Origin: an uncultured Methanosarcinaceae archaeon
Lineage (GTDB): Archaea; Halobacteriota; Methanosarcinia; Methanosarcinales; Methanosarcinaceae
Direction: 5' to 3'
Length of the DNA stretch: 64,000 bases
NCBI GenBank assembly: GCA_963847185.1
Contig: CAWJYV010000010.1
Location: forward strand, 224,001 to 288,000
Each line of letters begins with the position of its first letter. The first letter of the stretch is position 1. The notes beneath the pieces are model-generated. The model searched no databases, was not told the DNA's origin, and worked only from the letters and a program-made list of their open reading frames with translations. Shown here in pieces: positions 1 to 10,555 of the stretch. The position numbers were made by a program, and so were the translations under genes.

Positions 1-1789
1 TCTGAGTGTCAGGGGTAGAGGTGTATGCTTTTATACAGAAATTTGAGGCTGGGTAATAGCCTGTCAAATCTGCCCAGGCTGTACCATCGGGACTGAGATA
101 ACTTTCTCCTGGATTAGCTCTTGCTTTGCTCGAATAACCAGTGATATTGTACTCAGCAGGGAACTTTATATAGGACTCAGAGCTGGAACTAATATTCATG
201 ACAATCGAGAAATTTTGGCCTGCTTTTAGAGGAACTTTCTGTTCAAGCTCAATTGTATGATAACCTGGCAATCCAAAGCTACCTGAGGTATTGAATATCG
301 GAGTACCCTCAACTGAAGGGAGGGAGGGATCGCTGTATACATAAACTTTATAGTTGACATCCGGCATTGGTGTGTAAAAACCTATAGCTTTAAGTTCCTC
401 ATTTGATTTAGCCTTAAAGACATTAGCAGCCCATGAATATGTTAAATTCTTATATCCCACACTGCTCGTCCATCCCAGTGGGTCATATTGATAACTATTC
501 TCGTAATTTTTTGGGTTTTTGGCTGTGTACACGGCTAAGATAGGAAATTTACTGTCTTTCGTACCAAGGTTCGCATCATAATAAGAAATATAAAAGTATC
601 CGGACCCGTTAATTCCATTACCTGTACCCCAGCTATTTTTACAGATAAAAGCTCCATCTCCTGGAGGGGTAGAATTGAACTCGTTCCTGCTAAAGTTATC
701 ATTCCAGCCGACGATACATATCGAATGACCGTTAGCATCACTCGAAGAAAGTACCGGGTTATAATAAGTTACCCACTTGTAGCCGTCTTTTGAGCCAAAA
801 CAATTCCAGTCCACAACGGTAGATCCATAGACTCCTCCTTTTTCCTTAACCATCTTTTTGATCAAATCGTTATCAGTGAAGTTATTCCGTGGCGGTAAGA
901 TAACTACTTCCTGAACGTGTTTTTGCACTGATTTGTTGGTGGGGGACACTCCAGAGGAAGGATTATAAGGATCGTCAGATTCGATTACAGGTCCGTTCCA
1001 TCTTGTCAGGTATGCAGCTGATTGCCATGTGTTTCCTCCAGCATCGTGAGCTCTGTCAAATCCTTCCGGATAATCTTCGGAAAGGAGATTTTTCATATTA
1101 TTTTCCGAGAAGTCCCATTGGAGCGAATCAACCGGGGTTAAATATGATTCAAGTGAAGCAAGTGTGGCAAATGCCCAGCAAGCACCTGCAGAGCCCTGAT
1201 CTTTCACAGGAGTTACCTGTCCTTCATCAACAAGGCTAAAGTATGATTCTGATGGATACTGTCCGGTTGACTCAGCACCCGAAGATTTTGCTGGATACTG
1301 TCCGGTTGACTCGGTACCCGAAGATTCTGCTGAATATTGTCCGGCTGACCCAATACTTGGAGTTGAAAAAGAATTTGGACCGGACTCCGGTTCTGGATTA
1401 TAACTATAATAACTATAGTTTTCAGGCCAGTAAACAGAATTGGGGGAAGGAATTATTCCTAAAGTCCTTAGATTTCCATCGGCATCGTAATGATGAGACT
1501 CCCAATTTTCCGGATGTTTCAGGTAATCCAGAAACTCAGGATCTAATGGAGCCATTTGGAGACTCAGATTTATAGTTATCAAATTTCCATCTGTATCATA
1601 ATAGTAGGGGGTCAAGTTTCCTAAATTATCAGGAAACTCTGGAAATTCAGAATTTAATCTGGATTGTGGGTTTAATTCTGAACTACCTGCACATGCAGGG
1701 TATAACAGCATAATTAAGAGCGTAAACAAAATACAGCTTCTGGAAATGATGTTAGATAATTTTTTATTTTTGAGTTTTTGAATGTACAT
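1..1789 (-). CDS. Secreted papain-family (C1A) cysteine peptidase with C-terminal lectin-like domain; 3' end outside window
   Basis: Manual translation from ATG at 1789 is open to the window edge. It has a signal peptide (MYIQKLKNKKLSNIISRSCILFTLLIMLLYPACA), catalytic motifs QGSAGACWAFA (Cys), GHSICIVGW (His) and KNSWG (Asn), then a YQYDPLGW lectin-like region. It is absent from the ORF track because no stop lies in the window. Confidence 0.93.
   Translation of the reverse strand, partial: MYIQKLKNKKLSNIISRSCILFTLLIMLLYPACAGSSELNPQSRLNSEFPEFPDNLGNLTPYYYDTDGNLITINLSLQMAPLDPEFLDYLKHPENWESHHYDADGNLRTLGIIPSPNSVYWPENYSYYSYNPEPESGPNSFSTPSIGSAGQYSAESSGTESTGQYPAKSSGAESTGQYPSESYFSLVDEGQVTPVKDQGSAGACWAFATLASLESYLTPVDSLQWDFSENNMKNLLSEDYPEGFDRAHDAGGNTWQSAAYLTRWNGPVIESDDPYNPSSGVSPTNKSVQKHVQEVVILPPRNNFTDNDLIKKMVKEKGGVYGSTVVDWNCFGSKDGYKWVTYYNPVLSSSDANGHSICIVGWNDNFSRNEFNSTPPGDGAFICKNSWGTGNGINGSGYFYISYYDANLGTKDSKFPILAVYTAKNPKNYENSYQYDPLGWTSSVGYKNLTYSWAANVFKAKSNEELKAIGFYTPMPDVNYKVYVYSDPSLPSVEGTPIFNTSGSFGLPGYHTIELEQKVPLKAGQNFSIVMNISSSSESYIKFPAEYNITGYSSKARANPGESYLSPDGTAWADLTGYYPASNFCIKAYTSTPDTQ
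1254..1351. repeat. 39-bp (13-aa) tandem repeat, about 2.5 copies, within the protease pro-region
   Basis: GGATACTGTCCGGTTGACTC(A/G)G(C/T)ACCCGAAGATT(T/C)TGCT is repeated and encodes STGQYPAKSSGAE-like units on the minus strand. Confidence 0.85.
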
Positions 1790-2298
1790 ATCATTATAGC
1801 CTCCAGATGGGTAGGAATTAAAAGTCGGGAAGTTTACTTCATAACATACTTTAATTTTACAATACAAAACTTCGTTTATTGATCCTGATTGTCGAGTTAC
1901 TGCTTCCGAACCGGATTTTAGGGGTATCTTTCTATTTTTTAAAATTTGAGCAGGTAAAAGATTCATAAAATCGTCTTCTCTAAAGCTTTCTCTAAAGCTT
2001 TTAGTACTCGACTTAATGGATGACAGTCTCTGAATGAGGAAAAGTTTTTAAAACTGTCAATATCAACATTAAGAATTTTTTAATAATGTAAAAGAGGCGA
2101 ACTTATATTTATTCTTTAGCAGAGATTTATAAAGGAAAATTATACATTGGAAAAAAGAACAAACTTTTCTTTTTTAACCAGAAGAATTATTTATAAAATA
2201 TTTCCTAAATTTTTTAATTTGTTATCTTGAGGTCTATAAAGCTCAGAATCTATCCTAAATTGACCCTTATGGCTTTTACCACTTTTTTAGGTAGATTT

Positions 2299-2402
2299 CT
2301 AGTGTCATGGCAAATTAATTACGGAACATATCCTTGATAGCTTCTCACCAGAGAAAATGTAATTAGAGCTTATGATTCAAAACTAATTTGGCTTGACACC
2401 AG
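2299..2402. mobile_element. MITE-like element (about 104 bp) with imperfect 22-bp terminal inverted repeats
   Basis: Left end CTAGTGTCATGGCAAATTAATT matches the reverse complement of the right end, CTGGTGTCAAGCCAAATTAGTT. Non-coding. Confidence 0.6.
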
Positions 2403-2586
2403 GTTACGAAATATCTATCTTTAATTTGTCAGAGAAATCTTTTAAAAAAGTAATGAAAGGACCTGTATTCATAGAAGCCCTTCTTTTAGAACTCTTGACT
2501 TATCGGCAGAATTAATTGTTCTATTCCGTTTTTCAAATATAATCTCAAGCTTTTTTTAAATAAATCGAAGTACTCCTGCCTGATTC

Positions 2587-3255
2587 TTATTCTATCAATC
2601 CTTTCCGGACGTACCAATCATAATCATGGGCAAAGCGTTCTTTATTATATTTTGCCAGCTGGCAAAAATATTCTGTGCACTGTTGATGTAGCTCATCCTG
2701 ATCTGGATATTTGATTTCTCCACGGATTGACTTTACCAGCTTTTTTCCAAGATTCCTTGCAGGGTCCAGAGACCTCTCAAGTGCAGAAGGATCTCTGCCG
2801 AGCACAACTCCAATATCGCCGACAACGGTAACCCCAAGGTTCATGAGAACGCTGTTCATATATTTCAAAACCTCATCCTCGCCGCTTCCTCCTGTTGTGC
2901 ACACTGAACACCCGAATTTTCCGGTCAGCATCTGGCAGTGAATAGCATCTGAAAGTCGATCAAAAAGAGCTTTCATAGGAGCAGGGACAGAATTAACGTA
3001 ATTCGGAGCACCAAGAACAATTCCATCGGCATCCAAAATCTGTTGAAATAACTCTTCGAAATCATCGATTAAAGGACATTCCCCTTTAGCATAACAGGTT
3101 CCACATGCAGTACAGTACTCGATATTCAGTTTGTAGAGATCTACAAGTTCGGTTTCTGCTCCTTCAGATTCAGCACCATTAAGGACAGATTTTACCAGTT
3201 GTAAGGTATTACTTGAATTGCCTTTTGGACTTGCATTAATTCCAATTATTTTCAT
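2587..3255 (-). CDS. Iron-sulfur flavoprotein (Isf-like) / NADPH-dependent FMN reductase family
   Basis: Starts MKIIGINASP; compact CTACGTCYAKGEC [4Fe-4S] motif; ADGIVLGAPNY flavodoxin-like motif. Start moved to the ATG at 3255. Confidence 0.9.
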   Translation of the reverse strand: MKIIGINASPKGNSSNTLQLVKSVLNGAESEGAETELVDLYKLNIEYCTACGTCYAKGECPLIDDFEELFQQILDADGIVLGAPNYVNSVPAPMKALFDRLSDAIHCQMLTGKFGCSVCTTGGSGEDEVLKYMNSVLMNLGVTVVGDIGVVLGRDPSALERSLDPARNLGKKLVKSIRGEIKYPDQDELHQQCTEYFCQLAKYNKERFAHDYDWYVRKGLIE

Positions 3256-3330
3256 AGTTATTTCCTTCGTAAAATACTTCAAAATACAGATTATTGTGCC
3301 GTCTTTTTACCTTCCGAAGGCACTCCGGTA

Positions 3331-4803
3331 TTAACTATCGAACTTTTTTCCCCTCACAAGAGAGGCGAAAATCCCGATTATGCAGAGGATAGTAAACAGG
3401 CTGAAAGCATAATGAAGACTTGAAATGAACTGTGAGTAATAAGCAGGCGTAATTTCCACAGGGCCGATAACGATAGCAAAGATCATCATTGCTATACCCA
3501 TAGAAAGCATCTGGCCAAGAAGTCTCATGGTTCCGTTCATCCCGGATGCAACACCATAGAATCTCTTCTCAACCGAGCTCATGATTGCATTCGTATTAGG
3601 GGAGGAAAAGAGCCCGAATCCTGCACCGAGTACGAGAAGGATGAGAACAAGCTGCCAGAGAGGAGTCGTCTCTGTGAGGAAAATGAGGAAAAAGAGCCCT
3701 ATTGCAGTAAGAGCCATTCCTGTAGATGCAACAATCCGCGGTTCAATCCTATCAGAGAGCTTCCCTGAAATAGGCGAAATAATCGCCTGGACAACCGGCT
3801 GTGCTATCAGGATAAGTCCGGCATGTTCAGGAGTGAAGCCTTTTGTGTACTGTAGATCCAGACTTAAGAGAAAGGTCACTGCAAAAGTTGCACTGTAATT
3901 AATGAGGGCGGCAAGGTTAGAAAGGGCAAAAATCCTGTTATTTGTCAGGAGCCTGATATCAAGAACTGGAGAAGGTATTCTCATCTCATACAGGGCAAAA
4001 ATGCCAACTCCAAGAATTCCCACCCCTAATAGGGCTGCTCCTTTAAAATCAGGAAGAGTTGAGAACCCATACATAACTGCAACAATTGCTGCCCCGTATA
4101 TAACGGATCCTGTAAGGTCAAACTTCTCCCCCCTGCACTCAGCCCACTCTCTTTTTAATTTCCAGAGAATCAGAAGAACTGCTGCAATACCTATAGGGAC
4201 GTTTACAAAGAAAATGCTTCTCCAGCCAAGGTACTGGGTCATTATACCGCCAAGGAAGGGGCCGACAGAAAGCCCTAGATAAACTGCAGTGATATAAGTC
4301 CCGAGAGCTTTTCCGCGTTCTCCGGGAGGAAAGACGGAAGTAACAATAGCAACGCCTGTCCCGAAGATCATAGCACTTCCTAAACCCTGGACTACTCTGA
4401 TTCCTATAAACATTTCAGTTGAAGGGACTATGGTCATTATAAGAGACGCAAGGCTGAAAATCGCAATTCCGTAGAGGAAAACTTTTTTTCTTCCGTATAT
4501 ATCCGCAATTTTTCCAAAAGGAACTAGAAACACTGCCGAAGATAGGAGATAAGCGGTTGCAACCCACGAGAGGGCAATCGCGTTCATATGAAATTCTGCC
4601 CCTATTGTAGGCAGGGCAATATTTACTGCCGATCCATCGAAAGGGGTGATAAATCCTGCAAGTATTGCAATAAGCAATACTACACGTTTTTCTGCGGCAT
4701 GAACAGGAGTACTGGGAGTCTGACAGATCTCGGAAACTTCAGAAATTATTTCTCTATTTTTAGCAGGAGGCCCGGAAGTACTTGTTTCTACCATGTTTAT
4801 CAC
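3331..4803 (-). CDS. MFS drug:H+ antiporter (EmrB/QacA-like, 14 TM)
   Basis: FDGSAVNIALPTI, GKIADIYGRKK and GPFLGG...LGWRSIFFVNVPIG motifs. Confidence 0.92.
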   Translation of the reverse strand: MINMVETSTSGPPAKNREIISEVSEICQTPSTPVHAAEKRVVLLIAILAGFITPFDGSAVNIALPTIGAEFHMNAIALSWVATAYLLSSAVFLVPFGKIADIYGRKKVFLYGIAIFSLASLIMTIVPSTEMFIGIRVVQGLGSAMIFGTGVAIVTSVFPPGERGKALGTYITAVYLGLSVGPFLGGIMTQYLGWRSIFFVNVPIGIAAVLLILWKLKREWAECRGEKFDLTGSVIYGAAIVAVMYGFSTLPDFKGAALLGVGILGVGIFALYEMRIPSPVLDIRLLTNNRIFALSNLAALINYSATFAVTFLLSLDLQYTKGFTPEHAGLILIAQPVVQAIISPISGKLSDRIEPRIVASTGMALTAIGLFFLIFLTETTPLWQLVLILLVLGAGFGLFSSPNTNAIMSSVEKRFYGVASGMNGTMRLLGQMLSMGIAMMIFAIVIGPVEITPAYYSQFISSLHYAFSLFTILCIIGIFASLVRGKKFDS

Positions 4804-4908
4804 TTATCAGGAAGGGCATCAGCTGCTATCTCTTTAGGGAAAATGGTAACAGGTTTCTGTGAAAGAATAGAGGTTCGGCGATAATGCTCTTCATAGTTTT
4901 TTTAATTA

Positions 4909-4970
4909 TAGTTGACCTATCAACAATTGTGATATAAACTATTTGTTATAAATAGTATACCGTTCAACTA
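4909..4970. promoter_or_regulatory. Two putative MarR operator palindromes, consensus TAGTTGA-N4-TCAACTA
   Basis: TAGTTGACCTATCAACAA (4909-4926) and TAGTATACCGTTCAACTA (4953-4970) lie between the divergent MFS and MarR genes and flank TATA-like sequence. Confidence 0.6.
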
Positions 4971-5016
4971 GTTTTTTAATAGTTCAAAAGATACTGATTT
5001 TTCATGAGTGTGAACA

Positions 5017-5469
5017 ATGAGTGAAGAAACACCTGTCCAGTGGATTGAGGACATAGATATAGTTACTGCGTTGATATCGTTTACATATCGTTCGGTCCAG
5101 AAATATTTTGCAAAAGAATTGAATTCTTACAACATTGGGTGGGGACACTTCGCTATCCTTATGGCTCTGTATGGTAAGGAGGGATGCAGCCAGGATAGTC
5201 TTGCACAGTCAAGAGGATTTGATAAAACGATGATCGCCAAATCCATACTTCGCCTGGAAAAAGAAGACATTGTTTACCGGGAAATCGATGAGGCAGACAA
5301 ACGGATCAAAAGGCTTTACCTCACAGAAAAAGGGAAAAAACTAAAGCCTGAGATGCAGAAGATAGGATTCGAGTTGAATGCTCTTCTCCTTAAGGATTTT
5401 GGAATCGATGAAACTTCAGATGCTATTGAAATTGTCAGAAAGATTGCATTGAACGCTGCCAGACTTTAG
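5017..5469 (+). CDS. MarR family transcriptional regulator
   Basis: SQDSLA...DKTMIAKSILRLEKEDIVYR...DKRIKRLYLTEKG winged-helix signature; divergent from the MFS gene. Confidence 0.92.
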   Translation: MSEETPVQWIEDIDIVTALISFTYRSVQKYFAKELNSYNIGWGHFAILMALYGKEGCSQDSLAQSRGFDKTMIAKSILRLEKEDIVYREIDEADKRIKRLYLTEKGKKLKPEMQKIGFELNALLLKDFGIDETSDAIEIVRKIALNAARL

Positions 5470-5829
5470 TGCCGCAAATTTATACTGTAGTGCCATAAAT
5501 TCGGACTTTTTCCATAAATTCATAAACGTAGACAAAATAATATTTTATTCTCGAGAAGCTTATTCATCTGAAAGAAGAGTTTACTGTATCCTTCAAGCAT
5601 TTCCGGGATTGGAGTATTGAGATTATAGCCCAAACTAAGAGGAGGTTGAAAAACCTTCTTTTCATCAGGTTTAAGTTTATAAAACTTGCATAAATTAGTG
5701 GTTTAAGCAAATTAAACCCATAAAACTGAGTTTACTAAAAATTACGTAATGAGATTAAATTTATAAGAAATTAGTGAATTTAAGCATTCGATTAAGCTTA
5801 TATGAATTTATAGAGGTTATGGACTCACA

Positions 5830-6909
5830 ATGAATGAAATAATTACCTGGATATTGATTGTACTTTGTCTTTTACAGTCAGCTATCTTTTCCGGGATGAC
5901 TATAGGGGTTTTTGGCCTCGGGAGACTCAGGCTTGAAATCGAAGCCGAGGCAGATAACAAAGAGGCTATGAAAATCCTGCAGATCCGGCGGGATTCCAAT
6001 TTCCTTCTTACTACGATGCTCTGGGGAAACGTAGGGATAAATGTTCTTATTGCCCTGCTTACGGATTCTGTGTTTACAGGAGCCTCAGCTTTCCTCTTCT
6101 CTACTTTCGTAATCACCTGTTTTGGAGAGATTGTTCCTCAGGCATATTTTTCCCGGAATGCCCTGAAACTTGGAGCAAAGTTAACTCCTGTAGTCCGCTT
6201 CTACCAGATGCTGCTTTATCCTGTGGCCAAGCCTACAGCCCTTATTCTTGACTGGTGGCTCGGCAGGGAAAAACTTGAACTTTTCAAAGAGCAGTCCATG
6301 AGGATAATGCTCGAAAAGCACATAGAATCGGGAAAAACCGATATTGGGGCTTTTGAAGGGATAGGAGCGCTTAACTTTCTTTCAATAGACGACGTAAGTA
6401 TTTCCGATGAAGGTTCGATAATAGATTCCAGAAGCATAATCTCTCTTCCTGTTGAGAATAATCGTCCGCTTTTTCCTTCATTTAACAGGGATCCATTGGA
6501 TCCTTTTCTACAAAAGATAGAGGCATCAGGAAAAAAATGGGTGGTACTGACCAGCCCTGTCAACGAGCCTGTCATGGTTCTTGATGCGGATCATTTCCTC
6601 AGGGACGCCGTTTATAAGAAAGGCCCAATAATCCCTCTTTCTTATTGTCATTTCCCTGTTGTTGTCAAATCTCCGAAAACCAGGCTTGAAAGAGTAATCC
6701 GGCAGTTTAAAGTATACCCACAGTATCCGGAAGATGACGTGATTGACCAGGACCTCATTCTCTACTGGGGCCATGAAAAAAGAATTATAACAGGTTCGGA
6801 CATTTTGGGCCGCCTGCTCCGCGGAATTGTAGTGGAATGCGAACTGGAATCCGGATGCGAAGCCCCTGTTTCACCCTCAAAACCTGGAATTGTCAAAAGG
6901 AAATTGTAA
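5830..6909 (+). CDS. DUF21/CNNM domain membrane protein (Mg2+/Co2+ transport related)
   Basis: SAIFSGMTIG, LLTTMLWGNVGIN and FGEIVPQAY DUF21 motifs. Confidence 0.85.
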   Translation: MNEIITWILIVLCLLQSAIFSGMTIGVFGLGRLRLEIEAEADNKEAMKILQIRRDSNFLLTTMLWGNVGINVLIALLTDSVFTGASAFLFSTFVITCFGEIVPQAYFSRNALKLGAKLTPVVRFYQMLLYPVAKPTALILDWWLGREKLELFKEQSMRIMLEKHIESGKTDIGAFEGIGALNFLSIDDVSISDEGSIIDSRSIISLPVENNRPLFPSFNRDPLDPFLQKIEASGKKWVVLTSPVNEPVMVLDADHFLRDAVYKKGPIIPLSYCHFPVVVKSPKTRLERVIRQFKVYPQYPEDDVIDQDLILYWGHEKRIITGSDILGRLLRGIVVECELESGCEAPVSPSKPGIVKRKL

Positions 6910-7353
6910 GGAGAAAAGAAAACAAAGAACCTAAAGGATAAAAGAAAAATCGCTTTGCAATTTGAGACCGAAATTTGAAATTTTAAAGCAATGCGACAAC
7001 TCCCGTTTCTTACGAAATTTTTTGTTAAAATCTTGGTTGATATTAGAAAGATATTACAGGAAGTATTAGAGGTACATGGGAAGTGTTGAGTAACTATTAT
7101 AGGAATTAAAGACCTTTTTATAGAGTCTTTTATCATTTTGAAAAACGAGTTGATTTTTATTAATCATAATATTATAAGTATGTATGATAGCTGAATAGTG
7201 AAAAATATGATCATTAGCCCTAATTAAATAAAGTTAGCTCATTTATATTTGCCAATTGAGCCTTAAAAAGGCAGCTAATGGTGATGTTTTGTATGGGCCA
7301 AATATTTACAAACGTAGATAGATTTAAATTGTAATTCGCCCAATAACTGAAAA

Positions 7354-8664
7354 ATGTCTTATACCTTTGAGATTGTTACCGTCCTTGTTCTTATCGCACT
7401 TAATGGCATCTTTGCCATGTCGGAATTTGCTCTCGTGTCAGCCAAAAAAATCCGTCTCAAACAACAGGCTGAAGAAGGAGATACAAGGGCATCTGTTGCA
7501 CTTAAACTTGCAAATGAGCCTACTTCTTTTCTTTCAACCGTTCAGATAGGAATCACGCTGGTAGGTATCTTTGCCGGTGCATTCGGGGGAGCCACAATAG
7601 CTGAAGGGCTTGCAATCTACTTTAATGAATTTCCTTCTCTTGCCCCATATAGTGATGCTATCAGCATCACTCTTGTGGTACTTGTGATCACGTATATGAC
7701 GTTAATTTTTGGAGAACTGGTTCCAAAGAGGCTGGCTCTCAATAACGCGGAACCAATTGCTTCTTACGTCGCAAAACCTATGTTCTACCTTTCAGTCATA
7801 GCAAAGCCACTGGTAATCATTCTAAGTCATTCAACTGAAGGCGTGCTCAGGCTTATGAGGGTCCGAAAAATCACCGGAGCACCAGTAACCGAAGAGGAAA
7901 TTAAGTTTATGCTTGAAGAGGGAACCGAAGCCGGTGTTTTTGAGAAAGCAGAGCTGAGTATGATAGAAGGTGTGTTCGATATCGGGGACCGTCGAGTAGA
8001 TTCTATGATGACGCATCGTAGTGACATCATTGCTCTTGATCTGGATGACCCAGCAGACGAGAACCTGCGGAAAATGATTGGAAGCGGCCGATCCAATTTT
8101 CCGGCTTATGACAGTGATCTGGATAATATTGTCGGTATGGTATCCGTAAAGGATGTCCTGGCAAGGCTCGTGGAAAACGGCGCAACCGATATGAGAGGTT
8201 CAATCACTAAACCGCTCATTGCACCTGAAGCTATAACAGTCCTGAAACTCCTTGAGCTATTCAAAGAAACTGGAGTGCATATTGCCCTTATAACTGATGA
8301 ATACGGAAGTATTCAGGGCATAGTTACTCTACATGACATCATGGAAGCAATAGTAGGGGACGTTTATTCTCTTGGCGAGCCTGTGGAAATGCAGGTGGTG
8401 ATTCGGGAAGACGGCTCCTGGCTGGTTGATGGAGATACGTCTGTTGAAAAGCTTAAGGATGTCTTATCTGTGGATTCCTTTCCAGAAGAAGAAAAAGGAT
8501 ATTACCGGACCGTTGCCGGAATGATTATGTTTATCTTGCAGAGAATACCTACAACGGGGGACCACGTTGAATTAAGGGGACTGCGTTATGAGGTGGTTGA
8601 TATGGATGGACATAGAATAGACAAAGTGCTGATTACTCGAGTTCCTGTAACCCCTCTGGATTGA
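7354..8664 (+). CDS. HlyC/CorC-family (DUF21-CBS-CorC) transporter
   Basis: FAMSEFALVS, FLSTVQIGITL and FGELVPK; CBS pair with DEYGSIQGIVTLHDIME; C-terminal CorC domain. Confidence 0.93.
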   Translation: MSYTFEIVTVLVLIALNGIFAMSEFALVSAKKIRLKQQAEEGDTRASVALKLANEPTSFLSTVQIGITLVGIFAGAFGGATIAEGLAIYFNEFPSLAPYSDAISITLVVLVITYMTLIFGELVPKRLALNNAEPIASYVAKPMFYLSVIAKPLVIILSHSTEGVLRLMRVRKITGAPVTEEEIKFMLEEGTEAGVFEKAELSMIEGVFDIGDRRVDSMMTHRSDIIALDLDDPADENLRKMIGSGRSNFPAYDSDLDNIVGMVSVKDVLARLVENGATDMRGSITKPLIAPEAITVLKLLELFKETGVHIALITDEYGSIQGIVTLHDIMEAIVGDVYSLGEPVEMQVVIREDGSWLVDGDTSVEKLKDVLSVDSFPEEEKGYYRTVAGMIMFILQRIPTTGDHVELRGLRYEVVDMDGHRIDKVLITRVPVTPLD

Positions 8665-8724
8665 ATGCCGCTTTTAAGGGGGCTGAGAAGGAAACTTAAT
8701 TGATCAGAACCCTATTTTCCGAAA

Positions 8725-8850
8725 TCAGATTGTGAGGCGCCTGTTCTGACCTCTCAGTCCAAAATTGTCAGAAAGAGAGTTTTTAGGGGAGAAAGGCGCA
8801 GGGAAGATAAAGAACAGAATAATGGATGGGAAATAGTAAAGAGAAGATAA
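8725..8850 (+). pseudogene. Orphan duplicate of the 3' end of the upstream DUF21 gene
   Basis: Reads SDCEAPVLTSQSKIVRKR..., versus SGCEAPVSPSKPGIVKRK at the end of 5830..6909. Confidence 0.65.
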
Positions 8851-8852
8851 AG

Positions 8853-10529
8853 TTACTCTTTGTATGCAGGAAGGGTAATTACGCCTATTTCCTGAAGAGG
8901 ATAACCCACGGCAAAGTGGTAGAGATCCTGGTATTCGAGCCCTTTGAGTCCAATGGCTTCGTGCAGAGGGTCATCGAAAAAGCATCCTATCCCACAGCCC
9001 TTCATGCCTTTTGTTTCAGCTTCAAGGTAAAGAAGCTGTCCCAGGAATCCGCATTCCCATAAAAGATAGGGGTACATCCAGGAGCCGAATTTATTCAAAG
9101 GCTCTTCGAATTCAGAGAGCATGCAGGCAGTAAAACAGGCATCTGCAGCTTTTCGCTGAGAACAGGAAAGCTGGGCTATGAAATCATGTAATTCCTCTTC
9201 CATAAGCAGGTAAAATTCAAGGTTAAATGGGCAATTTTCCGGCTTTTCCCACAGAAAGTCCGGCCTGATAGCGGCTTTAAACTTCTCCTTTTCCCCGGGT
9301 TTTCGAAGAAGTATGTAAAGACCAGGGAGAAGCTCCTTTACTCTATTTACAAAGAGAAGCAGGTGTGTAAAGGGACCAAAACCAAGTGAATTGAAGATTG
9401 GGTTTCTTTCAGGGAGGGTTTTTTGCAGCATCTCATAGAAAACTTCTTTTTCCATATATGCACTGTTATCCATTTCAATGGCACTCCTCCTTTTATGAAT
9501 TATGTTCCTGAGAGAAGCCGGAATTTCCATGTCTGACAGGGAATCGGAATCGCTAACTTTCAGGGGTGGAGCATTCTGTATACCAGGCACAGGTTCCTGT
9601 TTTTTCCCCGGATAGTAACCGGTTTCTCTTTTTCTGACTGCTGATGCAGCTTTTTCGATATCCATCCATTCAACATGCTTCGGACTTAATCTGTCAGGGG
9701 TGCCTTCCCAGGAAAGCTTCCTGAACGCAGGAACTGCACTTGAAGGAATTTTACCCGGAATATCTTTTTCTCCTGCCGGGCAGACCGCAAGCAGACAGGC
9801 AGGTTCTTCCTTTTCGGGCCCTCGTCTTTCGGAAATGCCAAGAAGCTCTGCAATGTTCTCAGTGTTCATGTCTTCAAGAAGGCTTGTCTTCCAGCCAATT
9901 CCGGCAGCAGCAAAAGTCAGAGCGGCAATTGCATGTCCTATATCGTGATTGGCATACCGGAAAGCTCTAAGCCCGTATTTCCAGGAAACTCTCCAGTAAA
10001 TTGAGCTCAAGCCTACAAAGAAAGTGCCTTTCGGAAAGCCGGAACTTAACAGTTCCCAGGTTTCCTGGGGAAATTCGGCTCTTAGCTCAAGGGCGTGAGG
10101 TAAAGGAACGTAATGGCATACAGCCGGATTTTTCAGGAGTCCCTGGACAGGACCTGAAAGAAGATAAACTTCTGTAGGGTGCAGATTTCCGCTTGAAGGA
10201 TTGACGCGAAGAGGCCATTTTGTACCTCCCGCTTTCTTCCAGGCTGAGATTGCAAAACTGTCAAAAAAAAGCCTGGAAATATTTTTCTCACTAAGTTCTA
10301 AAGGCTTGAGTTTTTCAGGAGAAAAAGCCTGCTCATAGGCAGGAAAAACCTCAGCTTCTATTTGCTCTTCACTCCATTTTTCCAGGCTCAGAAGCCGAGC
10401 CCCCTGATAGTTTAGAAATGGATCTGGTTTGATTGGCATATCCAGATGGTGGGGACCTGGCGCATAAGCTTTGAAGTTGTGCTTACTTGCCTGATGATAA
10501 GCCAGTATCTCTTCAAGTTCTTCTTTCAT
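8853..10529 (-). CDS. SagB/ThcOx-like nitroreductase-family protein (two nitroreductase domains)
   Basis: LRVNPSSGNLHPTEVY, WKYGLRAFRY..HDIGHA, second domain RRSA and GIGCFFDD. Confidence 0.88.
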   Translation of the reverse strand: MKEELEEILAYHQASKHNFKAYAPGPHHLDMPIKPDPFLNYQGARLLSLEKWSEEQIEAEVFPAYEQAFSPEKLKPLELSEKNISRLFFDSFAISAWKKAGGTKWPLRVNPSSGNLHPTEVYLLSGPVQGLLKNPAVCHYVPLPHALELRAEFPQETWELLSSGFPKGTFFVGLSSIYWRVSWKYGLRAFRYANHDIGHAIAALTFAAAGIGWKTSLLEDMNTENIAELLGISERRGPEKEEPACLLAVCPAGEKDIPGKIPSSAVPAFRKLSWEGTPDRLSPKHVEWMDIEKAASAVRKRETGYYPGKKQEPVPGIQNAPPLKVSDSDSLSDMEIPASLRNIIHKRRSAIEMDNSAYMEKEVFYEMLQKTLPERNPIFNSLGFGPFTHLLLFVNRVKELLPGLYILLRKPGEKEKFKAAIRPDFLWEKPENCPFNLEFYLLMEEELHDFIAQLSCSQRKAADACFTACMLSEFEEPLNKFGSWMYPYLLWECGFLGQLLYLEAETKGMKGCGIGCFFDDPLHEAIGLKGLEYQDLYHFAVGYPLQEIGVITLPAYKE

Positions 10530-10555
10530 AACAAGGCACCTGCCAACAACAGATT

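Noticed and set aside
535-1575. ORF-track calls 535..741, 1003..1239 and 1243..1575
   Set aside because: Shadow ORFs overlapping the long minus-strand C1A protease.
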